64,000 nt of DNA, taken from the human T2T-CHM13v2.0 reference genome, Homo sapiens. This document shows positions 1-23,023 of the stretch, in pieces; the stretch's first letter is position 1; each line of letters opens with the position of its first letter. The notes beneath the pieces are model-generated. The model made no database searches. It was not told where the DNA came from and was given only the letters and a program-made list of their open reading frames with translations. Location: NCBI RefSeq assembly GCF_009914755.1, contig NC_060948.1; one strand, 5' to 3'. Position numbers and translations under genes: made by a program.

Positions 1-1251
<1,251 letters not shown>

Positions 1252-1825
1252 AGATCCATATTTTGTAAATGAAAAAAAATTTCAAAGGTACTCTGCTTGG
1301 TACAATAATCAAATGTATAAACTGAGGAATAAAACATAACCATGAAACCTACTTATAACTGCATATGGAAAATACAGAGGATAATTTTTTAAATAACATA
1401 TTTTGAAAGCCTTAACTAGTAATTTGAAGAGTTGGCATTTGAAAGGCCAGTATGAATATACCTTCAAAGCAGCAACACAGGTTCCCCATGAGAAAAAGCA
1501 AACACAGGGAAAACAAAAACACAAAGGTTCAATCTCTTCTGAGCTTTGAAAGACACAGCACAGACAGTGGTCCTTAGGACGAAGAGCAGGAGACCCCTAA
1601 TTCCGTCACCATGGCGATAGGGCATAAACATTGCTGGGTGAGGGCACAATCCACATTGTGAGGTCCAACTGCTGCCAGGAAGACAGGAGTGCTTTTACAT
1701 AGACCGAAAGGTCATTGAAGGCTCAGAGTTTTGTTTCAAGAACTGAATCCCAAGCCCACACGTTATTAGGCTGCGCTTCTTAAAACAAGTTATGAGATGG
1801 GAAAAAGGGCACCCACAAACATACG
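1252..1825. repeat. HSATI-type core of the DYZ2 unit (representative; recurs immediately after each of the 26 complete Alus)
   Basis: ~570-bp internally non-repetitive, moderate-GC segment between the Alu head and the AT-rich domain. Named HSATI from its position and size in the known DYZ2 unit; boundaries are approximate. Confidence 0.8.
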
Positions 1826-3671
<1,846 letters not shown>

Positions 3672-5774
3672 AGATCCATATTTTGTAAATGAAAAAAAAT
3701 TTCAAAGGTACTCTGCTTGGTACAATAATCAAATGTATAAACTGAGGAATAAAACATAACCATGAAACCTACTTATAACTGCATATGGAAAATACAGAGG
3801 ATAATTTTTTAAATAACATATTTTGAAAGCCTTAACTAGTAATTTGAAGAGCTGGCATTTGAAAGGCCAGTATGAATATACCTTAAAAGCAGCAACACAG
3901 GTTCCCCATGAGAAAAAGCAAACACAGGGAAAATAAAAACACAAAGGTTCAATCTCTTCTGACCTTTGAAAGACACAGCACAGACAGTGGTCCTTAGGAC
4001 GAAGAGCAGGAGACCCCTAATTCCGTCACCATGGCGATAGGGCATAAACATTGCTGGGTGAGGGCACAATCCACATTGTGAGGTCCAACTGCTGCCAGGA
4101 AGACAGGAGTGCTTTTACATAGACCGAAAGGTCATTGAAGGCTCAGAGTTTTGTTTCAAGAACTGAATCCCAAGCCCACACGTTATTAGGCTGCGCTTCT
4201 TAAAACAAGTTATGAGATGGGAAAAAGGGCACCCACAAACATACGTATACATTATGTATATAATAATATACAGTATCATATATATAATATATATAACCTA
4301 TGTATAATAGTGTTTTACATCCTGCATCTTATGTTATATATATTGTATAAAATATAATAATTGATAATATATAAGTTTTATATTTATACAATATGACATA
4401 TAGTATATATTATAATTTATGACATATATAATATATGTTATATGTCATATATAGAATATATTATACGGTTAATATACGTATTAAATATAAATTATACATT
4501 ATATATATTATATATAATATATCTGTTATATATAATACCCATTATGCATAATATATATATTATGTCTATGTTATATATAGTATAAAACAACATATAATAA
4601 TATATAATTGTATATATAAAATGCGACATATAATATATATTATATTTTATCACATATGTAATATATATTATATATTATATATAATACGTTGTATGTATAA
4701 TACCTATATTAAATATATGTTATATGACTATGTTATTAATTACATGTCACATGTGTTATATATTATATATTTTACATAGAATATACCGGTTACATACAAT
4801 ATATACTATGTTACCTATAATGTATAATTTATTACATGTAAAATAAAGAATGCAATATATTATGTATAATTTATAATATACAATATGTGGAATGTGATAT
4901 ATATAACATATAATATATGATATATGATATACAGTATATGATATATAACATACAATATATGATTCCTAATATATATGGTATACAATATATATTTTATGAT
5001 ATGTATTCTATATGTTTTATATTCTGTTATATATAACTATTTGAAATTATATAAAACTGTATAATATTTTATGTAAATATGTAATATAATATATATAACT
5101 ATATAATATATTATATATAACTATATATTATGTTATATATACTTTTATAACATAATTTACATAAAATATCATAATATAATATATATTATATTATTTCATA
5201 TTACATAATATATATTACATATCACCCAATATAACTAACATACATAATATTATAATATAGATTATATTGCGTTATATTAAATATCATATATATCATGTAT
5301 CATATATTCTATAATATATATTACACATTATATAATATATATGTTGTCTATTATGTGATATATATAACTATATATAATTATATTTTTATACATATAACTA
5401 GATAAACATGTAATTCTACATATTTTCATTTATAATATGTAGAATTATATAATCATATATAATTATTTATATTCTATAAAAAATTTTATCATTATATAAA
5501 TTATAATATATAAAAATTATAATATGTACTACAAATATATATATTATATATCATATATGATATAGTACCTTTGTTATATTTCATAATACATATAAATGTG
5601 TATTATGTTATCTATAATTATATAATTTCATATATAAGATGTATAATATGTATCATATATTATATATGTTATGTAATATATATAGTATATATAAGATGAC
5701 ACAGGATAAATATTATATACTATGACATATAAAATATATGAGGTTATATGTTACATATAAGGCATAGCACATAA

Positions 5775-6089
<315 letters not shown>

Positions 6090-8194
6090 AGATCCATATT
6101 TTTTAAATGAAAAAAAATTTCAAAGGTACTCTGCTTGGTACAATAATCAAATGTATAAACTGAGGAATAAAACATAACCATGAAACCTACTTATAACTGC
6201 ATATGGAAAATACAGAAGATAATTTTTTAAATAACATATTTTGAAAGCCTTAACTAGTAATTTGAAGAGTTGGCATTTGAAAGGCCAGTATGAATATACC
6301 TTCAAAGCAGCAACACAGGTTCCCCATGAGAAAAAGCAAACACAGGGAAAATTAAAACACAAAGGTTCAATCTCTTCTGACCTTTGAAAGACACAGCACA
6401 GACAGTGGTCCTTAGGAGGAAGAGCACGAGACCCCTAATTCCGTCACCATGGCGATAGGGCATAAACATTGCTGGGTGAGGGCACAATCCACATTGTGAG
6501 GTCCAACTGCTGCCAGGAAGACAGGAGTGCTTTTACATAGACCGAAAGGTCATTGAAGGCTCAGAGTTTTGTTTCAAGAACTGAATCCCAAGCCCACACG
6601 TTATTAGGCTGCGCTTCTTAAAACAAGTTATGAGATGGGAAAAAGGGCACCCACAAACATACGTATACATTATGTATATAATAATATACAGTATCATATA
6701 TATAATATATATAACCTATGTATAATATTGTTTTACATCCTGCATCTTATGTTATATATATTGTATAAAATATAATAATTGATAATATATAAGTTTTATA
6801 ATTATACAATATGACATATAGTATATATTATAATTTATGACATATATAATATATGTTATATGTCATATATAGAATATATTATACGGTTAATATACGTATT
6901 AAATATAAATTATACATTATATATATTATATATATTATATCTGTTATATATAATACTCATTATGCTTAATATATATATTATGTCTATGTTATATATAGTA
7001 TAAAACAACATATAATAATATATAATTGTATATATAAAATGCGACATATAATATATATTATATTTTATAACATATGTAATATATATTATATATTATATAT
7101 AATACGTTGTATGTATAATACCTATATTAAATATATATTATATGACTATGTTATTAATTACATGTCACATGTGTTATATATTATATATTTTACATAGAAT
7201 ATACCGGTTACATACAATATATACTATGTTACCTATAATGTATAATTTTTTACATGTAAAATAAAGAATGCAATATATTATGTATAATTTATAATATACC
7301 ATATGTGGAATGTGATATATATAACATATAATATATGATATATGATATACAGTATATGATATATAACATACAATATATGATTCCTAATATATATGGTATA
7401 CAATATATATTTTATGATATGTATTCTATATGTTTTATATTCTGTTATATATAACTATTTGAAATTATATATAACTGTATAATATTTTATGTAAATATGT
7501 AATATAATATATATAACTATATAATATATTATATATAACTATATATTATGTTATATATACTTTTATAACATAATTTACATAAAATATCATAATATAATAT
7601 ATATTATATTATTTCATATTACATAATATATATTACATATCACCCAATATAAGTAACATACATAATATTATAATATAGATTATATTGTGTTATATTAAAT
7701 ATCATATATATCATGTATCATATATTCTATAATATATATTACACATTATATAATATGTATGTTGTCTATTATGTGATATACATAACTATATATATAATTA
7801 TATTTTTATACATATAACTAGATAAACATGTAATTCTACATATTTTCATTTATAATATGTAGAATTATATAATCATATATAATTATTTATATTCTATAAA
7901 AAATTTTATCATTATATAAATTATAATATATAAAAATTATAATATGTACTACAAATATATATATTATATATCATATATGATATAGTACCTTTGTTATATA
8001 TCATAATACATATAAATGTGTATTATGTTATCTATAATTATATAATTTCATATAAAAGATGTATAATATGTATCATATATTATATATGTTATGTAATATA
8101 TATAGTATATATAAGATGACACAGGATAAATATTATATACTATGACATATAAAATATATGAGGTTACATGTTACATATAAGGCATAGCACATAA

Positions 8195-8509
<315 letters not shown>

Positions 8510-10632
8510 AGATCCATATTTTTTAAATGAAAAAAAATTTCAAAGGTACTCTGCTTGGTACAATAATCAAATGTATAAACTGAGGAATAAAACATAACCA
8601 TGAAACCTACTTATAACTGCATATGGAAAATACAGAGGATAATTTTTTAAATAACATATTTTGAAAGCCTTAACTAGTAATTTGAAGAGTTGGCATTTGA
8701 AAGGCCAGTATGAATATACCTTCAAAGCAGCAACACAGGTTCCCCATGAGAAAAAGCAAACACAGGGAAAATAAAAACACAAAGGTTCAATCTCTTCTGA
8801 CCTTTGAAAGACACAGCACAGACAGTGGTCCTTAGGACGAAGAGCAGGAGACCCCTAATTCCGTCACCATGGCGATAGGGCACAAACATTGCTGGGTGAG
8901 GGCACAATCCACATTGTGAGGTCCAACTGCTGCCAGGAAGACAGGAGTGCTTTTACATAGACCGAAAGGTCATTGAAGGCTCAGAGTTTTGTTTCAAGAA
9001 CTGAATCCCAAGCCCACACGTTATTAGGCTGCGCTTCTTAAAACAAGTTATGAGATGGGAAAAAGGGCACCCACAAACATACGTATACATTATGTATATA
9101 ATAATATACAGTATCATATATATAATATATATAACCTATGTATAATATTGTTTTACATCCTGCATCTTATGTTATATATATTGTATAAAATATAATAATT
9201 GATAATATATAAGTTTTATAATTATACAATATGACATATAGTATATATTATAATTTATGACATATATAATATATGTTATATATCATATATAGAATATATT
9301 ATACGGTTAATATACGTATTAAATATAAATTATACATTATATATATTATATATAATATATCTGTTATATATAATACCCATTATGCATAATATATATATTA
9401 TGTCTATGTTATATATAGTATAAAACAACTTATAATAATATATAATTGTATATATAAAATGCGACATATAATATATATTATATTTTATAACATATGTAAT
9501 ATATATTATATATAATACGTTGTATGTATAATACCTATATTAAATATATATTATATGACTATGTTATTAATTACATGTCACATGTGTTATATATTATATA
9601 TTTTACATAGAATATACCGGTTACATACAATATATACTATGTTACCTATAATGTATAATTTATTACATGTAAAATAAAGAATGCAATATATTATGTATAA
9701 TTTATAATATACAATATGTGGAATGTGACATATGTAACATATAATATATGATATATGATATACAGTATATGATATATAACATACAATATATGATTCCTAA
9801 TATATACGGTATACAATATATATTTTATGATATGTATTCTATATGTTTTATATTCTGTTATATATAACTATTTGAAATTATATATAACTGTATAATATTT
9901 TATGTAAATATGTAATATAATATATATAACTATATAATATATTATATATAACTATATATTATGTTATATATACTTTTATAACATAATTTACATAAAATAT
10001 CATAATATAATATATATTATATTATTTCATATTCCATAATATATATTACATATCACCCAATATAACTAACATACATAATATTATAATATAGATTATATTA
10101 TGTTATATTAAATATCATATATATCATGTATCATATATTCTATAATATATATTACACATTATATAATATGTATGTTGTCTATTATGTGATATATATAACT
10201 CAATATATAATTATATTTTTATACATATAACTAGATAAACATGTAATTCTACATATTATCATTTATAATATGTAGAATTATATAATCATATATAATTATT
10301 TATATTCTATAAAAAATTTTATCATTATATAAATTATAATATATAAAAATTATAATATGTACTACAAATATATATATATTATATATCATATATGATATAG
10401 TACCTTTGTTATATATCATAATACATATAAATGTGTATTATGTTATCTATAATTATATAATTTCATATATAAGATGTATAATATGTATCATATATTATAT
10501 ATGTTATGTAATATATATAGTATATATAAGATGACACAGGATAAATATTATATACTATGACATATAAAATATATGAGGTTATATGTTACATATAAGGCAT
10601 AGCACATAACATGTAATATATATCATATATAA

Positions 10633-10924
10633 TTTTTTTTTACACAGAATCTTGTCCTGTTGCACAGGGTGGGGTACAATGGCGCCATCTTTGCTCACTG
10701 CAACTTCTGCCTCACGGGTCCAAGCGATTGTCCTCCCTCAGCCCCTCAGGTAGCTGGGACTACACCACACTGGGACTACACCAGCTGCCACCATGCCTAG
10801 CTAATTTTTTGGATTTTTAGTAGTGACAGCGTTTCACTGTATTGGCCAGGATGGTCTTGATCTCTTCACCTTGTGATCCCCTTGCCTTGGCCTCCAAATT
10901 TGCTGGGATTACAGGCCTGAGCCA
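10633..10924 (-). mobile_element. Diverged Alu, unit 5
   Basis: Near-identical to 960-1251; T9-acacag and gcccctcagg variants. Confidence 0.93.
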
Positions 10925-13054
10925 AGATCCATATTTTTTAAATGAAAAAAAATTTCAAAGGTACTCTGCTTGGTACAATAATCAAATGTATAAACTGAGG
11001 AATAAAACATAACCATGAAACCTACTTATAACTGCATATGGAAAATACAGAGGATAATTTTTTAAATAACATATTTTGAAAGCCTTAACTAGTAATTTGA
11101 AGAGTTGGCATTTGAAAGGCCAGTATGAATAAACCTTCAAAGCAGCAACACAGGTTCCCCATGAGAAAAAACAAACACAGGGAAAATAAAAACACAAAGG
11201 TTCAATCTCTTCTGACCTTTGAAAGACACAGCACAGACAGTGGTCCTTAGGACGAAGAGCAGGAGACCCCTAATTCCGTCACCATGGCGATAGGGCATAA
11301 ACATTGCTGGGTGAGGGCACAATCCACATTGTGAGGTCCAACTGCTGCCAGGAAGACAGGAGTGCTTTTACATAGACCGAAAGGTCATTGAAGGCTCAGA
11401 GTTTTGTTTCAAGAACTGAATCCCAAGCCCACACGTTATTAGGCTGCGCTTCTTAAAACAAGTTATGAGATGGGAAAAAGGGCACCCACAAACATACGTA
11501 TACATTATGTATATAATAATATACTGTATCATATATATAATATATATAACCTATGTATAATATTGTTTTACATCCTGCATCTTATGTTATATATATTGTA
11601 TAAAATATAATAATTGATAATATATAAGTTTTATAATTATACAATATGACATATAGTATATATTATAATTTATGACATATATAATATATGTTATATATCA
11701 TATATAGAATATATTATACGGTTAATATACGTATTAAATATAAATTATACCTTATATATATTATATATAATATATCTGTTATATATAATACCCATTATGC
11801 ATAATATATATATTATGTCTATGTTATATATAGTATAAAACAACATATTATAATATATAATTGTATATATAAAATGCGACATATAATATATATTATATTT
11901 TATAACATATGTAATATATATTATATATTATATATAATACGTTGTATGTATAATACCTATATTAAATATATATTATATGACTATGTTATTAATTACATGT
12001 CACATGTGTTATATATTATATATTTTACATAGAATATACCGGTTACATACAATATATACTATGTTACCTATAATGTATAATTTATTACATGTAAAATAAA
12101 GAATGCAATATATTATGTATAATTTATAATATACAATATGTGGAATGTGACATATGTAACATATAATATATGATATATGATATACAGTATATGATATATA
12201 ACATACAATATATGATTCCTAATATATATGGTATACAATATATATTTTATGATATGTATTCTATATGTTTTATATTCTGTTATATATAACTATTTGAAAT
12301 TATATATAACTGTATAATATTTTATGTAAATATGTAATATAATATATATAACTATATAATATATTATATATAACTATATATTATGTTATATATACTTTTA
12401 TAACATAATTTACATAAAATATCATAATATAATATATATTATATTATTTCATATTACATAATATATATTACATATCCCCCAATATAACTAACATACATAA
12501 TATTATAATATAGATTATATTATGTTATATTAAATATCATATATATCATGTATCATATATTCTATAATATATATTACACATTATATAATATGTATGTTGT
12601 CTATTATGTGATATATATAACTCAATATATAATTATATTTTTATACATATAACTAGATAAACATGTAATTCTACATATTTTCATTTATAATATGTAGAAT
12701 TATATAATCATATATAATTATTTATATTCTATAAAAAATTTTATCATTATATAAATTATAATATATAAAAATTATAATATGTACTACAAATATATATATA
12801 TTATATATCATATATGATATAGTACCTTTGTTATATATCATAATACATATAAATGTGTATTATGTTATCTATAATTATATAATTTCATATATAAGATGTA
12901 TAATATGTATCATATATTATATATGTTATGTAATATATATAGTATATATAAGATGACACAGGATAAATATTATATACTATGACATATAAAATATATGAGG
13001 TTATATGTTACATATAAGGCATAGCACATAACATGTAATATATATCATATATAA

Positions 13055-13346
13055 TTTTTTTTTAGACAGAATCTTGTCCTGTTGCACAGGGTGGGGTACA
13101 ATGGCGCCATCTTTGCTCACTGCAACTTCTGCCTCACGGGTCCAAGCGATTGTCCTCCCTCAGACTCCCAGGTAGCTGGGACTACACCACACTGGGACTA
13201 CACCAGCTGCCACCATGCCTAGCTAATTTTTTGGATTTTTAGTAGTGACAGCGTTTCACTGTATTGGCCAGGATGGTCTTGATCTCTTCACCTTGTGATC
13301 CCCTTGCCTTGGCCTCCAAATTTGCTGGGATTACAGGCCTGAGCCA
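13055..13346 (-). mobile_element. Diverged Alu, unit 6
   Basis: Near-identical to 960-1251. Confidence 0.93.
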
Positions 13347-15453
13347 AGATCCATATTTTGTAAATGAAAAAAAATTTCAAAGGTACTCTGCTTGGTACAA
13401 TAATCAAATGTATAAACTGAGGAATAAAACATAACCATGAAACCTACTTATAACTGCATATGGAAAATACAGAGGATAATTTTTTAAATAACATATTTTG
13501 AAAGCCTTAACTAGTAATTTGAAGAGTTGGCATTTGAAAGGCCAGTATGAATAAACCTTCAAAGCAGCAACACAGGTTCCCCATGAGAAAAAGCAAACAC
13601 AGGGAAAATAAAAACACAAAGGTTCAATCTCTTCTGACCTTTGAAAGACACAGCACAGACAGTGGTCCTTAGGACGAAGAGCAGGAGACCCCTAATTCCG
13701 TCACCATGGCGATAGGGCATAAACATTGCTGGGTGAGGGCACAATCCACATTGTGAGGTCCAACTGCTGCCAGGAAGACAGGAGTGCTTTTACATAGACC
13801 GAAAGGTCATTGAAGGCTCAGAGTTTTGTTTCAAGAACTGAATCCCAAGCCCACACGTTATTAGGCTGCGCTTCTTAAAACAAGTTATGAGATGGGAAAA
13901 AGGGCACCCACAAACATACGTATACATTATGTATATAATAATATACTGTATCATATATATAATATATATAACCTATGTATAATATTGTTTTACATCCTGC
14001 ATCTTATGTTATATATATTGTATAAAATATAATAATTGATAATATATAAGTTTTATAATTATACAATATGACATATAGTATATATTATAATTTATGACAT
14101 ATATAATATATGTTATATATCATATATAGAATATATTATACGGTTAATATACGTATTAAATATAAATTATACCTTATATATATTATATATAATATATCTG
14201 TTATATATAATACCCATTATGCATAATATATATATTATGTCTATGTTATATATAGTATAAAACAACATATTATAATATATAATTGTATATATAAAATGCG
14301 ACATATAATATATATTATATTTTATAACATATGTAATATATATTATATATTATATATAATACGTTGTATGTATAATACCTATATTAAATATATATTATAT
14401 GACTATGTTATTAATTACATGTCACATGTGTTATATATTATATATTTTACATAGAATATACCGGTTACATACAATATATACTATGTTACCTATAATGTAT
14501 AATTTATTACATGTAAAATAAAGAATGCAATATATTATGTATAATTTATAATATACAATATGTGGAATGTGACATATGTAACATATAATATATGATATAT
14601 GATATACAGTATATGATATATAACATACAATATATGATTCCTAATATATATGTTATACAATATATATTTTATGATATGTATTCTATATGTTTTATATTCT
14701 GTTATATATAACTATTTGAAATTATATATAACTGTATAATATTTTATGTAAATATGTAATATAATATATATAACTATATAATATATTATATATAACTATA
14801 TATTATGTTATATATACTTTTATAACATAATTTACATAAAATATCATAATATAATATATATTATATTATTTCATATTACATAATATATATTACATATCAC
14901 CCAATATAACTAACATACATAATATTATAATATAGATTATATTATGTTATATTAAATATCATATATATCATGTATCATATATTCTATAATATATATTACA
15001 CATTATATAATATGTATGTTGTCTATTATGTGATATATATAACTCAATATATAATTATATTTTTATACATATAACTAGATAAACATGTAATTCTACATAT
15101 TTTCATTTATAATATGTAGAATTATATAATCATATATAATTATTTATATTCTATAAAAAATTTTATCATTATATAAATTATAATATATAAAAATTATAAT
15201 ATGTACTACAAATATATATATATTATATATCATATATGATATAGTACCTTTGTTATATATCATAATACATATAAATGTGTATTATGTTATCTATAATTAT
15301 ATAATTTCATATATAAGATGTATAATATGTATCATATATTATATATGTTATGTAATATATATAGTATATATAAGATGACACAGGATAAATATTATATACT
15401 ATGACATATAAAATATATGAGGTTATATGTTACATATAAGGCATAGCACATAA

Positions 15454-15768
<315 letters not shown>

Positions 15769-17868
15769 AGATCCATATTTTGTAAATGAAAAAAAATTTC
15801 AAAGTTACTCTGCTTGGTACAATAATCAAATGTATAAACTGAGGAATAAAACATAACCATGAAACCTACTTATAACTGCATATGGAAAATACAGAGGATA
15901 ATTTTTTAAATAACATATTTTGAAAGCCTTAACTAGTAATTTGAAGAGTTGGCATTTGAAAGGCCAGTATGAATAAACCTTCAAAGCAGCAACACAGGTT
16001 CCCCATGAGAAAAAGCAAACACAGGGAAAATAAAAACACAAAGGTTCAATCTCTTCTGACCTTTGAAAGACACAGCACAGACAATGGTCCTTAGGACGAA
16101 GAGCAGGAGACCCCTAATTCCGTCACCATGGCGATAGGGCATAAACATTGCTGGGTGAGGGCACAATCCACATTGTGAGGTCCAACTGCTGCCAGGAAGA
16201 CAGGAGTGCTTTTACATAGACCGAAAGGTCATTGAAGGCTCAGAGTTTTGTTTCAAGAACTGAATCCCAAGCCCACACGTTATTAGGCTGCGCTTCTTAA
16301 AACAAGTTATGAGATGGGAAAAAGGGCACCCACAAACATACGTATACATTATGTATATAATAATATACAGTATCATATATATAATATATATAACCTATGT
16401 ATAATATTGTTTTACATCCTGCATCTTATGTTATATATATTGTATAAAATATAATAATTGATAATATATAAGTTTTATAATTATACAATATGACATATAG
16501 TATATATTATAATTTATGACATATATAATATATGTTATATATCATATATAGAATATATTATACGGTTAATATACGTATTAAATATAAATTATACATTATA
16601 TATATTATATATAATATATCTGTTATATATAATACCCATTATGCATAATATATATATTATGTCTATGTTATATATAGTATAAAACAACATATAATAATAT
16701 ATAATTGTATATATAAAATGCGACATATAATATATATTATATTTTATAACATATGTAATATATATTATATATAATACGTTGTATGTATAATACCTATATT
16801 AAATATATATTATATGACTATGTTATTAATTACATGTCACATGTGTTATATATTATATATTTTACATAGAATATACCGGTTACATACAATATATACTATG
16901 TTACCTATAATGTATAATTTATTACATGTAAAATAAAGAATGCAATATATTATGTATAATTTATAATATACAATATGTGGAATGTGACATATGTAACATA
17001 TAATATATGATATATGATATACAGTATATGATATATAACATACAATATATGATTCCTAATATATACGGTATACAATATATATTTTATGATATGTATTCTA
17101 TATGTTTTATATTCTGTTATATATAACTATTTGAAATTATATATAACTGTATAATATTTTATGTAAATATGTAATATAATATATATAACTATATAATATA
17201 TTATATATAACTATATATTATGTTATATATACTTTTATAACATAATTTACATAAAATATCATAATATAATATATATTATATTATTTCATATTACATAATA
17301 TATATTACATATCCCCCAATATAACTAACATACATAATATTATAATATAGATTATATTATGTTATATTAAATATCATATATATCATGTATCATATATTCT
17401 ATAATATATATTACACATTATATAATATGTATGTTGTCTATTATGTGATATATATAACTCAATATATAATTATATTTTTATACATATAACTAGATAAACA
17501 TGTAATTCTACATATTTTCATTTATAATATGTAGAATTATATAATCATATATAATTATTTATATTCTATAAAAAATTTTATCATTATATAAATTATAATA
17601 TATAAAAATTATAATATGTACTACAAATATATATATATTATATATCATATATGATATAGTACCTTTGTTATATATCATAATACATATAAATGTGTATTAT
17701 GTTATCTATAATTATATAATTTCATATATAAGATGTATAATATGTATCATATATTATATATGTTATGTAATATATATAGTATATATAAGATGACACAGGA
17801 TAAATATTATATACTATGACATATAAAATATATGAGGTTATATGTTACATATAAGGCATAGCACATAA

Positions 17869-18183
<315 letters not shown>

Positions 18184-20288
18184 AGATCCATATTTTGTAA
18201 ATGAAAAAAAATTTCAAAGGTACTCTGCTTGGTACAATAATCAAATGTATAAACTGAGGAATAAAACATAACCATGAAACCTACTTATAACTGCATATGG
18301 AAAATACAGAGGATAATTTTTTAAATAACATATTTTGAAAGCCTTAACTAGTAATTTGAAGAGTTGGCATTTGAAAGGCCAGTATGAATAAACCTTCAAA
18401 GCAGCAACACAGGTTCCCCATGAGAAAAAGCAAACACAGGGAAAATAAAAACACAAAGGTTCAATCTCTTCTGACCTTTGAAAGACACAGCACAGACAGT
18501 GGTCCTTAGGACGAAGAGCAGGAGACCCCTAATTCCGTCACCATGGCGATAGGGCATAAACATTGCTGGGTGAGGGCACAATCCACATTGTGAGGTCCAA
18601 CTGCTGCCAGGAAGACAGGAGTGCTTTTACATAGACCGAAAGGTCATTGAAGGCTCAGAGTTTTGTTTCAAGAACTGAATCCCAAGCCCACACGTTATTA
18701 GGCTGCGCTTCTTAAAACAAGTTATGAGATGGGAAAAAGGGCACCCACAAACATACGTATACATTATGTATATAATAATATACTGTATCATATATATAAT
18801 ATATATAACCTATGTATAATATTGTTTTACATCCTGCATCTTATGTTATATATATTGTATAAAATATAATAATTGATAATATATAAGTTTTATAATTATA
18901 CAATATGACATATAGTATATATTATAATTTATGACATATATAATATATGTTATATATCATATATAGAATATATTATACGGTTAATATACGTATTAAATAT
19001 AAATTATACCATATATATTATATATAATATATCTGTTATATATAATACCCATTATGCATAATATATATATTATGTCTATGTTATATATAGTATAAAACAA
19101 CATATTATAATATATAATTGTATATATAAAATGTGACATATAATATATATTATATTTTATAACATATGTAATATATATTATATATTATATATAATACGTT
19201 GTATGTATAATACCTATATTAAATATATATTATATGACTATGTTATTAATTACATGTCACATGTGTTATATATTATATATTTTACATAGAATATACCGGT
19301 TACATACAATATATACTATGTTACCTATAATGTATAATTTATTACATGTAAAATAAAGAATGCAATATATTATGTATAATTTATAATATACAATATGTGG
19401 AATGTGACATATGTAACATATAATATATGATATATGATATACAGTATATGATATATAACATACAATATATGATTCCTAATATATATGGTATACAATATAT
19501 ATTTTATGATATGTATTCTATATGTTTTATATTCTGTTATATATAACTATTTGAAATTATATATAACTGTATAATATTTTATGTAAATATGTAATATAAT
19601 ATATATAACTATATAATATATTATATATAACTATATATTATGTTATATATACTTTTATAACATAATTTACATAAAATATCATAATATAATATATATTATA
19701 TTATTTCATATTACATAATATATATTACATATCACCCAATATAACTAACATACATAATATTATAATATAGATTATATTATGTTATATTAAATATCATATA
19801 TATCATGTATCATATATTCTATAATATATATTACACATTATATAATATGTATGTTGTCTATTATGTGATATATATAACTCAATATATAATTATATTTTTA
19901 TACATATAACTAGATAAACATGTAATTCTACATATTTTCATTTATAATATGTAGAATTATATAATCATATATAATTATTTATATTCTATAAAAAATTTTA
20001 TCATTATATAAATTATAATATATAAAAATTATAATATGTACTACAAATATATATATATTATATATCATATATGATATAGTACCTTTGTTATATATCATAA
20101 TACATATAAATGTGTATTATGTTATCTATAATTATATAATTTCATATATAAGATGTATAATATGTATCATATATTATATATGTTATGTAATATATATAGT
20201 ATATATAAGATGACACAGGATAAATATTATATACTATGACATATAAAATATATGAGGTTATATGTTACATATAAGGCATAGCACATAA

Positions 20289-20603
<315 letters not shown>

Positions 20604-22708
20604 AGATCCATATTTTGTAAATGAAAAAAAATTTCAAAGGTACTCTGCTTGGTACAATAATCAAATGTATAAACTGAGGAATAAAACATAACCATGAAAC
20701 CTACTTATAACTGCATATGGAAAATACAGAGGATAATTTTTTAAATAACATATTTTGAAAGCCTTAACTAGTAATTTGAAGAGTTGGCATTTGAAAGGCC
20801 AGTATGAATAAACCTTCAAAGCAGCAACACAGGTTCCCCATGAGAAAAAGCAAACACAGGGAAAATAAAAACACAAAGGTTCAATCTCTTCTGACATTTG
20901 AAAGACACAGCACAGACAGTGGTCCTTAGGACGAAGAGCAGGAGACCCCTAATTCCGTCACCATGGCGATAGGGCATAAACATTGCTGGGTGAGGGCACA
21001 ATCCACATTGTGAGGTCCAACTGCTGCCAGGAAGACAGGAGTGCTTTTACATAGACCGAAAGGTCATTGAAGGCTCAGAGTTTTGTTTCAAGAACTGAAT
21101 CCCAAGCCCACACGTTATTAGGCTGCGCTTCTTAAAACAAGTTATGAGATGGGAAAAAGGGCACCCACAAACATACGTATACATTATGTATATAATAATA
21201 TACTGTATCATATATATAATATATATAACCTATGTATAATATTGTTTTACATCCTGCATCTTATGTTATATATATTGTATAAAATATAATAATTGATAAT
21301 ATATAAGTTTTATAATTATACAATATGACATATAGTATATATTATAATTTATGACATATAAAATATATGTTATATATCATATATAGAATATATTATACGG
21401 TTAATATACGTATTAAATATAAATTATACCTTATATATATTATATATAATATATCTGTTATATATAATACCCATTATGCATAATATATATATTATGTCTA
21501 TGTTATATATAGTATAAAACAACATATAATAATATATAATTGTATATATAAAATGCGACATATAATATATATTATATTTTATAACATATGTAATATATAT
21601 TATATATTATATATAATACGTTGTATGTATAATACCTATATTAAATATATATTATATGACTATGTTATTAATTACATGTCACATATGTTATATATTATAT
21701 ATTTTACATAGAATATACCGGTTACATACAATATATACTATGTTACCTATAATGTATAATTTATTACATGTAAAATAAAGAATGCAATATATTATGTATA
21801 ATTTATAATATACAATATGTGGAATGTGACATATGTAACATATAATATATGATATATGATATACAGTATATGATATATAACATACAATATATGATTCCTA
21901 ATATATATGGTATACAATATATATTTTATGATATGTATTCTATATGTTTTATATTCTGTTATATATAACTATTTGAAATTATATATAACTGTATAATATT
22001 TTATGTAAATATGTAATATAATATATATAACTATATAATATATTATATATAACTATATATTATGTTATATATACTTTTATAACATAATTTACATAAAATA
22101 TCATAATATAATATATATTATATTATTTCATATTACATAATATATATTACATATCACCCAATATAACTAACATACATAATATTATAATATAGATTATATT
22201 ATGTTATATTAAATATCATATATATCATGTATCATATATTCTATAATATATATTACACATTATATAATATGTATGTTGTCTATTACGTGATATATATAAC
22301 TCAATATATAATTATATTTTTATACATATAACTAGATAAACATGTAATTCTACATATTTTCATTTATAATATGTAGAATTATATAATCATATATAATTAT
22401 TTATATTCTATAAAAAATTTTATCATTATATAAATTATAATATATAAAAATTATAATATGTACTACAAATATATATATTATATATCATATATGATATAGT
22501 ACCTTTGTTATATATCATAATACATATAAATGTGTATTATGTTATCTATAATTATATAATTTCATATATAAGATGTATAATATGTATCATATATTATAGA
22601 TGTTATGTAATATATATAGTAGATATAAGATGACACAGGATAAATATTATATACTATGACATATAAAATATATGAGGTTATATGTTACATATAAGGCATA
22701 GCACATAA

Positions 22709-23023
<315 letters not shown>

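Noticed and set aside
1328-1333. AATAAA and many TATA-like motifs as poly(A) or promoter signals
   Set aside because: Expected by chance at this AT content, with no supporting gene structure.
1309-1649. Overlapping 71-aa and 61-aa minus-strand ORFs repeated in all 26 complete units
   Set aside because: They are short, begin at non-ATG codons (TTG-type) and resemble no protein I recognise. Their conservation just mirrors the near-identity of the repeat, and many of the variants change amino acids, giving no sign of coding selection.
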